DNA from: Sphagnum compactum
Taxonomy: Eukaryota
Assembly: GCA_965153455.1 (NCBI GenBank)
Contig: OZ234493.1
Coordinates: forward strand, 14,312,213 to 14,376,212
DNA length: 64,000 nt
Direction of reading: 5' to 3'
The notes under the pieces were generated by a model. That model worked only from the letters and a program-made list of their open reading frames with translations. It had not been told where the DNA came from and made no database searches. Positions within the stretch are counted from its first letter, which is position 1, and the number at the start of each line of letters is the position of its first letter. This document shows, in pieces, positions 11,700 through 24,479 of this stretch. A program made the position numbers and the translations under genes.

Positions 11700-13700
11700 G
11701 ATGCATACATTTTTTCTCTTTTGTTTTCTACCGTAACAAATCAAACAAATGCATCCAATAATAAAACCATTAGGCCAACAAGGAAAATAACAAAGGCAAA
11801 GAAGTTGATTATCAACCAAAATTCAAATAATGTGGAAAATTTTAGCGAAAAAACTCACCAAACCAAGTGTGAGCATGTTAAAATGCTAATTCTTATCACA
11901 ACTAAGCCAAATGAACACCTTGCAAAGTTCGACAAAGGAGATGATAGAGACCAATTTGAAATAATAATGACCAAGTGGAAAAAAATTGTAGTGTTTATCA
12001 TGAATGCAATGGAAGCAAATTGTTTACAAAATTGACTAGTTTTTTACATGCTAGCAATCTACTTGTCAAGGAGAATCAAGCTTGAACTTAAGAACTCTTG
12101 CTTGAGAAACATTTGGAGTATTTCAAGACACAAGACAAAAACATCAACCAAAACCAAGAGAAAATAGTAAAGGCCATTATCAATTTGATTTCAAAGTCAT
12201 GAATACATGGGATTTGTGAGAGTTATGCAAAACAACAATAGCGACCCAATGCAAGCTCTTGAAAACAATAACACAATCAATGACAACTAAATTAACCATT
12301 GAAAAAATTGTGACAAAAGAATCCACAGATTTTCATGAAGGACAAATGTAATTTGAAGGTTTTAGAATACAAATTCATATGTGAAATTTCTATGTTTGCC
12401 AAGATAATGAATCGACTCCCTTTTTAGCATCTCTCCAATTCTCTTTTAATGCCCATGGATTTGTTGTTAAATACCTAGATCATCATGGGCAAGGTCAATC
12501 TTGAAGTCTAAAGTTCTTGAGGTAGGTGAATGTCTATTGTTAATTCTAATTCCATGATGGGAAGCAATCATTCAATGTTGGCATCTCATTCTTTATAAAA
12601 TTGTGAAGCATACAATGAAACATGTCAAATGTAAAATATACATGCAAATCTAATTTGTGCAATAGTTTTAAAAGGACAATTTTACAATTCCAAATGCATT
12701 TAAAACTAGAAAATGCCCTTGTTTGTGTTTTATGTTATAAAGTAATTTAAAGATGGTATGGGTTCCTTCTTCTTTAAATGGTGTCATGGGTTAATTTAGA
12801 AGGGGATAACCTTTGTCATTGAGTAGGTAAAGTGGGGTGCCATCTCCACAACCTTTATTCACATCAAACAAGTCACAATATTGAACATATTTATAGTTGA
12901 TTCTCATTCCAAATTTGCACATGACACTTGAGTCATTAACATTATTTGGTAGACCTACAAAAACATCAATGAACCTTTTTTATACTCTATTACAATTCAA
13001 GAACAATTATAAAATATCTACATTGTTCGTGATAAAAATAATTTTATTAAAAGGATGAAGGTTTTGAGATAGAGATGCAAGTGCCATCAATTTCACCTTG
13101 AACTAAAAGGAAACTACATAATTGAATAAAATCTTCCAACATATATTGTGTTTCTACCCATATTAAAAGAAAATTTCATTACAACAATGAATTCATGCAA
13201 CATTAAAGAAAATTTAATGGACTTCCCTACTGCAAACAATTTATTATAAATGAAGAAATTGATGCCATGCATAAACTTTAATATAGCACAACAATCTCTT
13301 ATTTCAACAAGATTGGCATTTGATAATCGGTGTCCTATTTCAAGTGTAAATGCCTCAATCTTTTGACAATCATGCAAAGGTGACTTGAACATTTTGAAAA
13401 TTTCCACTCATTGATCACCATTGATCATCTTCATATTCAATGAAAACAATTCCTCAAAATTGGGTCATGTTTTTCAACTTAACTTAGTCACCTATATCCT
13501 ATAACATGACATGAAACACTTTTGTTGATATAAAATCATGTATATCAAGAAAAAATGATTGAGTAGAGTAATTAAAGATTTGGTCAACTATGTGAAATAA
13601 CAATCCATGCAATCCATTATGAAGACAATTTCTTCTAAGGTTTCATCCATGGATTGCAATAAATTAAAAAAGAAAAGAAAAAATGCATGTATGAACTTGT
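11700..13700. mobile_element. Degenerate PIF/Harbinger DNA transposon: DDE transposase remnant (-, ~12560-13700) and convergent Myb/SANT-like ORF remnant (+, ~11720-12300)
   Basis: Minus-strand fragments CCAILKFMHGINFFIYNKLFAVGKS, IDGT (~13082-13092), FIDVFVGLPNNVNDS (~12930-12975) and YLLNDKGYPLL (~12800-12835) match Harbinger DDE motifs. The plus strand has EHVKMLILITTK...RDQFEIIMTKWKKIV, which is trihelix/SANT-like. Ends were not located. Confidence 0.8.
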
Positions 13701-15456
13701 TTGGGATGAAAGCTACAATAGATTGAAAGTGAGTTTGGAAGAGGTGACAATGAACACAACACTAATTAAAGTTGACACATGAAAGACATTGCAAAATGAT
13801 CTTTTAAAAAATCCCATGGGACCTTCCTCCATGTTAGTATATTAAAATGTTGTTATTTATCTTTTCATCATTATTGTCAATTCTAATCAAGAATGTAATT
13901 GGAATTTTTTTCAAGATTCAATTTTTTTCATTACATTTGAATTTCCACCTACCTTGTTTATTTTTGAAAATTTGTCCTTGATACTGACGATGACAAAAAC
14001 AATGAGGATAAAAACTTGCAAATAAATTAACAATGTAAAAACAAAAAGAAGAGGCACAAGACAAGACAACAATTAACAAAATAACTAAGTTTTAACGCTC
14101 CAAATATATTTGAGCTAGCATAAGGTGATGAAAAAAAAAACAACAAAACAAAGTAACATTGTAAAAGTGTAAAAAAAGGCACAATACATTAGAACAAAAA
14201 ACAAAATAATTGAGTTGTAGCACTCCAAATAATTTCAAAACCAAAGAGAGAATAAGTAATGAGAACAAGGAAACATGTGAATTCAAAGGAAGTGTAATAA
14301 TAAACAATGATGTGAGAGAAGACTTAAGGAAAGATCTTACAATGTTGCAAAGACAATGGTGCTTCCAACATACCTGGTCAATGCTTTATGAAATTAACAA
14401 ACACCATGTTTGAATATGATCACCTTATCTTAAGGATGGTAGTTGTTGTTTCACCTTGACATATTATGCATCACGTTATGGCTAAATGACTCTTTTTATG
14501 TTAATTATCGTTAAGTTTGATGATAATTTAAACTTAGGATGTAATACCTTTTAAACAACTATATTGGTATTTACCATTAGGTCCTTAACACCATGTTAAA
14601 TCGAACACAATTTTTTTTTAAGTGAAAATTTTCCCAAAAAAAAAAAAAAACTTTAAAAAATATTTTGAATTTATTTGGTTTTCAGCATGAAATTTTCAAC
14701 TTTATAAAAAATTCAACATTGATATGTTGAAATTGCTATGACACCACAATAATGTGCATTTTCAACTGGATTGTATTTTAGACTTGGGCCAATGACACAT
14801 GCCACACTATTTTATTAAATAAGGAAAGCAGTTCAATGATTGTTATGTTTGGTTTGTCATGTTGAAATCTCCCAAACCATGGCGCCCTTCGTTGCGCTTT
14901 CGATACCATCGGAAAACCTTGAATGAAAAATATGCATTAAGGTGGTTTTGTAATGTCTAAACCAAGGTTGCCAAAAGGGATGTCCTTAACGCAAGGACAT
15001 TCGCTAGAATCCTTCTTGGTGCCGTTAGTAGTGGAAAATTTTGTTTTATGCACCATTTTATTTTTATTGTAGTTATTATTTAAGCATGGGCAAAGTTTGG
15101 ACTTACCTTTTTCCCAACATGCCCAATGCCTTTCTTCAAGTTCCATCGTGCTTCCTAGCATCTACTTTAGCTTGAAAAAAATTAAACAATTATTTTTTAA
15201 AAAAACTCAACATCCCTTTACATGTTTCTTGGCATTCCCTTGTCTTTTTTAGCACAACTATTTTTCCCTAGCATTCTTCTTGATGTAGTTGGCACAGTTT
15301 GATACATAATTTTTTTTTTTCCAACATCTTTTGACATCCTTCCCAATGCCCTTATTGTTTTTCTTTTGATGCTACTGGCATGCTTGCCAGCATCCTTGGT
15401 GTCCTTTTTAACTCCCTTCCTCACATCAATTGTGAATGTTTTTCCAACATCCCTTG

Positions 15457-16275
15457 TGTCGCAACCCCACTTTGTCCAAGTGTGGGGGTGAAGCCCAACA
15501 CTTGGAAAAGTTAGAGGTTTGGAGCCCTCCGGGACTCCCGAATGTTTAGAGCTCATCAGCAAGGCCCAAAACACCTCGCATTGGGGTGTTCTTGGTGTCA
15601 TTGGAAAGGTCTTGAAACGTAGATATCGAAAATGGCCTCGCATTGGCCATTTGGACATCTGCAGCCCAAGTTATGGGCAAAAGAAGGGCCTGGAGTCAAA
15701 TTGACAGTTTGACTCCCGACCACTAAAAGTCGGGAATCGACCCTTTCCCGACGTCGCCTGATGGAGTGCGACATGGCGTTGGAAAGATCTTGACGAGGGC
15801 TATAACTTTGGTTTAGACCTCGTCGCAATCAGACTCCGGAGTCAGGAATTATGGCAGCTCAAAGTTCCAAGAGTCCCGCAGGGACAATTTCGGGACTCCA
15901 TTTCGGGAGTCCCAACAAAATGTGCCATTTGGATGTAGCCTCCGTGGTGAGCTGCAGAGATAACTATAAGGGGGAGGTGGTGGCTTCCCCCAAGTCCGGG
16001 CCGTGGTGAGTCAAGTAGTCCAAAGTGCCCGTGGCTTGTCCCAACACCCAAGGGTGTTCCCGAATGTGAACTAACCCATTTGTGGTTGGTTTTGGATGTA
16101 GATTCGTGCTTCATCTACTAGTCCATCTTCCTAGTCTAATCCCGGGGCTTCCAACTCGACCCTCTACCCCCTTCTAGAGTTGAAAGTCGGGAGCGTGCCC
16201 TTCGGTCCCAACTTTCCGCAACTTCACATTGGTGAACTCTCAAGTGGGTTCACCCCGGGACCAAGGAGCGCGTCA
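15457..16275. mobile_element. Solo LTR (819 bp) of an LTR retrotransposon
   Basis: Begins TGTCGC and ends GCGTCA (TG...CA), with a perfect 5-bp TSD CCTTG (15452-15456, 16276-16280). It is GC-richer than its flanks, has no internal domain and is absent from the paralogous site at ~310. Confidence 0.92.
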
Positions 16276-17900
16276 CCTTGGCATGTTTCCCAACACCTTG
16301 TCATCCTTCCCATTGCCCCCACCATTCTCATTGTCCCTTATCACCATTCCTATCATTTTGTTGTTGTTCCATCCATTCCCACCATTCTATCACCGTTCCC
16401 ACTATTGCATCATTATTTGTGTTGTTCTATCGCTATTATTGTCATCCTTCATCATCTTTCACCATTCCCCATCACTATTTCTATTGTATCATTGTTCCTT
16501 CACCATTTGTTGAACCTAGAAAAAATGTTCCCCAAACACAAAACCCCAATCATGAACTTGAGTTTCACCAAGGACACCCAACTTTTGGATGTCTTGGATG
16601 TTGGCATCTCATCTTAGAATGCCCTACCAAGGACAAGATGTGTGCAACCTTGGTTTAGACCTCTAATGTAAGAGTTATTGAATATTGAACAATGTTATCA
16701 TCAAAATTTCAATAAAATCATAACTAAAGTTTTTAGGGAAATTGAAACACACTTTTGATAATGTTGGAAAGTGATTAATGAGTAGAATTTTATGGAGTGA
16801 TTTTGTAAATTTTAGACCTAAAATGTTAGAGATACTCAATTTTGCAATATTTATGTCATACATTGAATATAAATTCAAATCCAATTAGTTGGGAAATGAG
16901 TTCACATTTGAGCCAACAACACATGCCACACTAGTATATATTAAAACAACATTGGAATCAACACACATATAATAGTATTTATGTTACACACCCCTTGCCC
17001 TTAGTTAGTTGAGTATATGTAAGCATCACTACAACTAGGCTATCATCATAATTTTCGTGGTAAATTTTTTTTTGAACCACCTACTTTTCAACCCACATTA
17101 ACTATATGCTTGGAGAATCAATGCAATTCACACTAATTCCAACCCACACTAAGGTACTCTAATAGGTGTTAGCTACACAATCATGGTAGTGGTGAAGGGG
17201 GTAGTGCAAATGGTGGTGGAGGGCGTAGTGCAACATTAGCTCCTGGGCCTTTCTTTGGAGGGCTTCTTGGTTTTGGAAGCACTGGCACCAACCTTCTGAG
17301 GGTATTGGAGTTGTCAAACAAATCCTTACTTTGGTCCTGCCATAAGAAAAAAACGAAGTTTTAAGTATAAAAATTAATGGGCAATGACAACATGCAAGGA
17401 CCAATGGGGATCAATTTTCATGAAGAATTGACAATTTTCCCTCACTAGGTACCCACGCTCTTTCAAACGAGTATTAGCCCGAGCCAAATGGTGACAAAGA
17501 GTTCTAGGAACAAAACTTTCATGCAGCTAAATGATATTGGAATAAAGTGAGGTGCTATTGGGAACAGCTTGCAGTACACACAGGAACGTGAGAAACACAC
17601 TGGGAATGTCACACAAAAACATGGGGATAATTGAGATCTCCTCTTCTTCCTAGCTAACCAAGCCGCAAGATTGTTACAAGTGCTTTGCTTTCCTGAACTT
17701 ACAGACCAAGTTGTAAGAGCATCTCCACCCCACACCAGCAAACACCCTTTCTCATGAAATCTTGCAGCAGCAGGAGAAACACAAATCTTGCTGCTCTGCT
17801 CTCTGGTATTAATGGTCCATATTGCACATAAGAACAGAGTGTCTATAGTCCTCCATAGATTTCAGGTACTCATAAGTAGTCCAAGGCAGTGATTCTGTCT

Positions 17901-18751
17901 TCAATTTTGTGATGAAGTTGAAGAGGTCATCATCTGTAAGACCATTTAGCCAGAATTGGCTATCTGTATATATTTAAGTTTAAAAAAAACTTTACCCCGA
18001 ACTGTCAGATAGGCCAAATATGGGCCCTTGCTTCCCAGTGTATATTTGCACTGTCCTGAGGGTTAAGGGTTAATCATCTTTCTATCCTTTTGGCTTCCTA
18101 CTGGAACTTAATTTAGAATCTGGCAACTTTTTTTTATAAATTAAATTAAAGCTAAAAAATTTGGTGACCTAAATACCCAAAGAAACATCGAGTTTTTCAC
18201 CAGTTCAGAATTTTTTGAAAAACCCAATTAAACATACCAAGTTTTTCACCAGTCTAGATTTTTTCAAATAAAATAAAATCTCGCCATTTGGCAAAAGTTT
18301 GCTATTTGGCAAGAAAAAAAAAAAACATGGTACAAGCTAACATTAAGCCATGACACTCATGTACAAGGATGTAAGACTTCAAAAGCATCAAGTTTAGAAG
18401 AAGAAGAAGAAGAAGCTTCAGCTCGTTCTCATGAGAAGCCGGGTCCTTAGGGTTCTCTTTCAAGAACTTCGTTGAACCAAAATGTAAATAACAAAAACAC
18501 AAAGGAGGAGCTGGATCTCAGCTGCTGATCTGCCATCCCAAACAAACGATGAGCATAATAATCAACCATACCTTGAGGAGGAGCTGGCTTGGTGGCACTT
18601 GTGTACCAGAGAGTAGTGCATCGGCCACCATAACATGAAGCTGCATAACCGCAAGTACTGTGATCACAGTTATAACCAGCCAAGAGCTGGACACAGCCAC
18701 CCAACAACCTCGACTTCGCATTGATCTCCCACCCACCATCATCACCAGCAT
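17901..18751 (-). CDS. Putative small secreted or membrane-anchored peptide gene, copy 2 (coding exons ~18751-18572, 17933-17901)
   Basis: Same splice sites as copy 1. Predicted ...MRSRGCWVAVSSSWLVITVITVLAVMQLHVMVADALLSGTQVPPSQLLLK|MMTSSTSSQN*. Confidence 0.4.
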
Positions 18752-19224
18752 AACCTGCAAAGACATGATTAAGATGCAGAGATGATTAAAGTTCTGCACA
18801 ACATAACTTGCCCCCCAAAAAAACACACTAAAAAGAGATTGACTCAGATCTTGCAATGATCCTCTTCCAGATCTCAACACAAGTCTCTAGTAAAGCTTAA
18901 TCTTGAAGCATGTATGAAACTTTGAAGGCAGATTCAGCAAGTCCCAGATAAAGCTTAGATTAGGTATAGATGTCTACAAGCAACTGGATGCCACAATTTA
19001 TTATGTTGAGGTTGGTGACTTGTACCCTTGAGCTTCAGTGTTTTTTTTTTTCATTAAAAAATTCAATTTTATTATGTTGAGGTTGGTGACTTGTACCCTT
19101 GAGCTTCAGTGTTGTTGTTGTTTTTTTTTTTTTTTTTTTTTAATTCAATTTTCTGATGTTGCTTAGGCAAGCATTCCAAGAGGGATTTAGTAACAATTGG
19201 CTCTAGGTTCTTAAGAACCTAAAC

Positions 19225-19674
19225 CAGTGTTGGCTGGTTAATTGCTTTTTCTTTTTCTTTTTTAAATAACCGCTTGGTAGGGTTTTCTTTTTTGGAAATT
19301 TTTTGAGGACCACACAGGTTATCCATATCAATAAAAAAAATTGGGTAATAACCATCAGTTATGCATAAGGGCAAAATGTCTTTAAAAATCTGTTAATAAA
19401 CCGCTTATCATCTTGCCAGTTATTAGCTGGATGTAAGGATTTTTTTTAATTAAAAAATAATTCTGTTATTTTATTTATTTTTAATTTTTAATTTTTAGGG
19501 TATTAGAGTCTAAAGGTTGATGACTTACCTGGATGATGATCAAGTCAAACAAGTAGGTTATTAGATTTTTTGAAAATTCAATACCCAGCAATTATCAAAA
19601 AATCAATAAGGAACTGGTAAGTTACTAATAACTGGTTGATAAACAGGTCAAAACTGAATGACCGGCCAACACTG
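19225..19674. mobile_element. Non-autonomous hAT-type MITE (copy 2)
   Basis: Same TIRs and the same imperfect TSD as 3330-3731, so it inserted before the duplication. Confidence 0.8.
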
Positions 19675-20124
19675 GTCTAAACAGAAAAAAACTTAAAACT
19701 GTTTTTAAAAAATGTTACCAAACTGAAATCTGAGTTGAAATGTGATGAAATTTATTTAACATTTTCTTATTTTCAATTTTTTATAAAAAATTTCCCCAAA
19801 AATTTAGGGAATATATTATTGTATTTGACAGAATTTTTATTTATTTATTTTGCATTTGTGTGAAATTTTTTGCACAAATAAAGGTTTTCAGGCTTGGTCT
19901 AAGAATTGGCCAGAGTGAACCAGCACATTTCGCAGAATGGATGTTGTATGGACATCAAACATTTTTTCATTGTATTCAATTCCCATGGGGCAGACCACAA
20001 TGGTTAGTTATATACTAACAACTCACACGTATCTACTAGTGTTGGGCTATTCTCACTTTTTGGAACCTAAACATTGACGGGTATGGGTAGGGTATGTCCT
20101 ATATGGGTAGGTAGGGTTATGTGC

Positions 20125-23100
20125 CAATGTTGGGTGGTTCTCAAATCTTGACCCGGTTCTCACAATGAGAACCGGTTGACATGGTTGATTGTGAGAACTA
20201 GATGGAGAATCGCCCTTCAGTTCTCACACGAACGAGAATTGGTTGGGAGAATCGGTTCTTTTTATTTTTTATTTTGGAGAACCAGACAGGTTCTCTTAGA
20301 AAGCTTGCATCTAGTTCTCAATAGTTTAAGGTTTAGGGTTCCTAAACAGTTGCCACCACTTAAGGAGGCAGAGGCACTATTTAGGGTTAAGGATAAAGAA
20401 GTTGTATAAAAATGAAGGCCATGCTTCATTTTTGGTCACAAATTTTTTTGGGTCGTTAAATGTTGTAGTGATTAGTGATGTTCATTTGTGTTTGTTTCTT
20501 GTTGCTCTTGCTTTGTGTTGCATTTTTTTGAATCTAATTTTTAGAATTTAGGTTTTTTTAATGTTCTTTTGTGTTGCCGCTCCTTGTGCCGTTTTTTTTG
20601 TGTTGCTTTTTTTGTGTTGCTCTTCTTTTTGCTCTTTTAGTGTTGCTCCTCATGTTGTTCCTCTCGTGCTACTCCTTGCATTGTTCCTCTCACACTACCT
20701 CTTCTTGCGCTATTACTTTTTACACATTGTCGTTCCTCTTGCGTTACTACTCTTTGAGTGTTGACGTTCTTCTCGTGTTGTCGTTCCTCCTGTGTTGTTG
20801 CTCCTTTTGTGCCACTCCTCCCATGCTGCAACTCTCATGTTGTTTTTCTTACATTGCACCTTTGACACCTCTCTTCCCACATTGCACCTCTCGCATTGTT
20901 CCTTTTGTGTTGCAGCTCATGTGCTGCTCCTTTTGCGTTACAACTCCCACGCTCCTCTTCTCACACTACAGTTCCCACGTTGCTCCTCGCGTGTTGCCTT
21001 TCTCGAACTATAGTGCACAACGCTACTCTTTTCTTTCCCACAGTTGCTCCTTTCACATTTTTTTCAGGTACGTGCTAGCCTAACATTTATTGCTCTTCTT
21101 GTGCTTATGTTGTTGCTCTATTTTGCTTGGTTAGTGTGTTACTTCCCCCCTTGCCCTTGCCATTTGCAGTTCGGAGCTTGGAGTGTCAACACCAACTTGA
21201 GCACCAAAGGTAAGTTACATTTTTTTTGTTGTTTTTATTTTTTTTGTTTTTAATTTATGTTGATTTTTTTTAATTATGTAACTATTTTTTAATTAATGTG
21301 CTTTGTTTTTTTTTGCAGGATTTTTTAAACTTAACACATAAATTATAAAGTTTTTTCACCCAAAAAATGCATACATTTTTCAACCTTATAATCCCCAATC
21401 CCTCACTTTTTTTGAGAAAATTCATATCTTATTTTTCTAAAATCTTAAAAGATAAATTACATTTTGTAATTTTTTGTAAATATTTTTTAGTATTTGATAG
21501 ACAACATTTTATATTTTTTTATAATTGTTAGTTTTTTTTAGTCTTTAGTTTTTTTTAGGGATAAAATCATACATTTTGTTTTTTTTTCGCTATTCATCTA
21601 CTAACAAAAAAATTAATTTTTAATCACAAATCTAAGTAATAATGGAACATTCTTCTGAAAATTAATATACATGTGATGTGTTTATGAATGAAGTAAGATT
21701 AAAAGATGAAATGTTTTTAGAACGTGAAGAAATGGTCAATCTTCAAACAAAAGGAAGTAGGAACCAAAAAATGAACAAAAAAAATTTAAAGAAATTACAT
21801 GTGTAAAGAATATTTCAGAGAAGAAATAGTAGAAATTCATTGTGTTGGGCATTTTATTGTGTTAATGATAACAAAGAAGTTAATGCAACAACTCCTCAAA
21901 CTATGCAGTGTATTCTTTGTCGAAATGATTCAATCTTAAATGTAAATCCAAAAACATAAGCAAGGAAAGGATTAATCATATATAATTCATCTAATGGCAT
22001 AGCTGCATTGAAAAAACATGTTTATTTAGATCATCCCACTATTTTAAAAAAAATTGAAGAAAAAATTATTTGTCCCTTGAAAGAAGATGAAAGACAACCT
22101 TCCAGAAAGACACCAAATATTTCTTCTAATTTCATATCTAGTTTTTTGCTACAAAAGAACCTCTTAAGAAAGATGATGTGCAACAAATTTTTTTTTGGAA
22201 GATTTAACTCTTTTAATTATCAAAAACCATCTTCCTTTCCAATTTGTAGAAAATAGTTGGTTAAAAAGATTTAGTATGCATTTGTGTCCCAAAATTTTTT
22301 TTCCTTCTAAAAATAAATTTTTAATGAATTACTGCTCGGATTAGTGGAAAAAATTAAACAATTATATGTTTTATCAGCTTTAATAGAATGCCATTATGTA
22401 ATTACAAGTTTTGATTTGTGGATATCAAAAGCTAGCCATGATATTTTTGCATTAGTGATTAATTTTTTAGGAAACAATTGGCAGTCGAAGCACATTTTGA
22501 GCCAACAGACATTACTGGACAGACTTTGGCTAAAACTTTGATAGAATTGTTGGACAATTATGCATTAAGGAGAAAAATAATTGCTTATGTTAAGGATGAG
22601 GGATCTAATCTAAACACTATGACTATAACTCTAAAATCAATTGTAAGTTGTGATATGTTGGGTTTGAAAGAAAATTTTCAGGGCATTTATTTTGGGCATG
22701 CATTTTCCAAGGCTTGCCAATATGCTACAACAGAAGAAAAAGTTTGCAAAGACTTACGATATGTGTCAATCAAATCTACTCAAGGAGATTTGCAGAATTG
22801 CATAACTTGGCCAAAAAAATCTAGAAAGGGTAGACAATAATGGGAAAAGGCATGTGTAAATTTAGGACTTCCCCCTTGGAAATTGAATACTCCAATGAAG
22901 AGAAGGTAATTTTTTTGTTTTTTAGACTTTTTCATATGCACATTTTTTGTCAATTTTTACTTCACATAACATTTTGTTCATTTTTTCAACTACTATTGTG
23001 CATAATCTAACATTTTCTTTTGTTGTTGGAGATTTGTTAGCAAAGTTATCGTATTCCAGGAGGCTTTGCAACTCAAAGAAACAATTATATTTTGTTGTAG

Positions 23101-24330
23101 CATGCATAATTCTATGAGAATGAATGTAAGAATACCACCTCCTTTGAAATGGCACATTTGTCGCATCATTGTTGATTTTCTTGGCCCTATTGTGTTTGCT
23201 TGTATTTTGAACCAATCTAGGGGTCATTGGTTGTTAAGTGATGCACTAAATTCTGCCATATCCATGAGTCTAAAATTTAGAATTGAAATTGATTTTGCAA
23301 CCTTTGACAACTTAATGGAAGAAGATGGAAATGTTGCGTATGAGTGTTGTGTTTAGCCTCAAACATAAAAAAGGAAGTTATTCAAGTTTTGGATTCTTTT
23401 ATTTCCTTAAAAAAATACGAGGAAAGGAATGCCCATAACATGCTTTCTTTACTATTGGATTTTAGATTTAAAACTTTTCATCGTGTGTCTTCACTTATTG
23501 GTCATGAACAAGGGAAAACAATTGTTGAAAAATATGACAAATTTTTTTAATTTCCTATGCTTTTGAAATGTTATTATCATTTGCATCCATTGGTTGAATC
23601 TAAAGGGGGTGTTGTTGATGAAAGGGTTGAAGAGGACAAGGATTTAGATATCTTTGAAATGACAACCAACACAAATGAGCTAACAACAGAATTGGTCAAT
23701 AGACAGCTTTTGATTTTTAGGTGTTATCAATTGGATGTTAAAAACATCAAATGTCCACTACAATGGTGGGAAAAACATGAGAGCATGTTTCCTACAATTG
23801 GTTTTTGTGTTAAATGAATCTTAGGAATAGTTGGATCTCAAATTGAGATAGAAAAAATATTTTCACTAGCTACAATTCTTGCTAGTCTTAGGAGATGCCA
23901 TTTACAATCAAATTTTTTGGATAAATTGATTTTTGTGAGCAAAAATTGGCCTAATGATCTTAGGATAAGTTGTAAATCCCCTTTTAGTTTGGCAAATTTT
24001 ATTGAGAATGATCTTAATTTTAAAAAAGAGTTAGAGGAATTTGAAGGAGCTTTTGAAAGGAACGAAGTTGTGGGGTTGTAGGTTTTGAATAAAAATTTCC
24101 CCAAATTTTGATATATTTTAAAGTAGTTTTTAAAGTAAAAAAATATTTTAATTATTATATATCTATTAAACTAAATATCTTTTTTCCAAAAATAGAAAAC
24201 CAATCAAGAGAACTAATTGTTATCATATATGCGAGAACCGCCTTATTTGAAGATCGAATGAATTTGGAAAAAATAAAAATCTTAAAAACCTGGTCGGTTT
24301 TCAGGTTTATCATAATAGGTTCTCATAACA
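20125..24330 (+). mobile_element. Degenerate hAT DNA transposon with pseudogenised transposase (~21640-24080)
   Basis: Left TIR-like CAATGTTGGGTGGTTCTC and subterminal GAGAACC(G) repeats at both ends. BED-finger-like SLCWAFYCV...MQCILC...LKKHVYLDH, catalytic-region ITSFDLWISK and IIAYVKDEGSNL, and hATC dimerisation motif PLQWWEKHESMFPTIG...GSQIEIEKIFS. Many stops and frameshifts; right TIR not clearly identifiable. Confidence 0.9.
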
Positions 24331-24479
24331 TAATGTTTGAACTAGTGTTGGTGGGTTGATTTGACACATGGATCAATGGTGACTAAACACCAACTAGAGA
24401 TGGGGGTTGTGGTTTAGTGAAAGGGATGTAATGTCCCAACCTTAGTTAATTATTCGAATGCCCATTCCTTAATATATTA

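Larger units (their letters stand above)
15120..21220. repeat. Segmental duplication, copy 2
   Basis: Collinear match to 1-4234 and 7065-7915, with copy-specific indels: solo LTR, ~350-bp insert at ~17974-18326, and absence of the 1710-1893 equivalent. Confidence 0.95.

Noticed and set aside
15218..16114. ORFs overlapping the solo LTR
   Set aside because: GC-rich LTR sequence with no gag or pol motifs.
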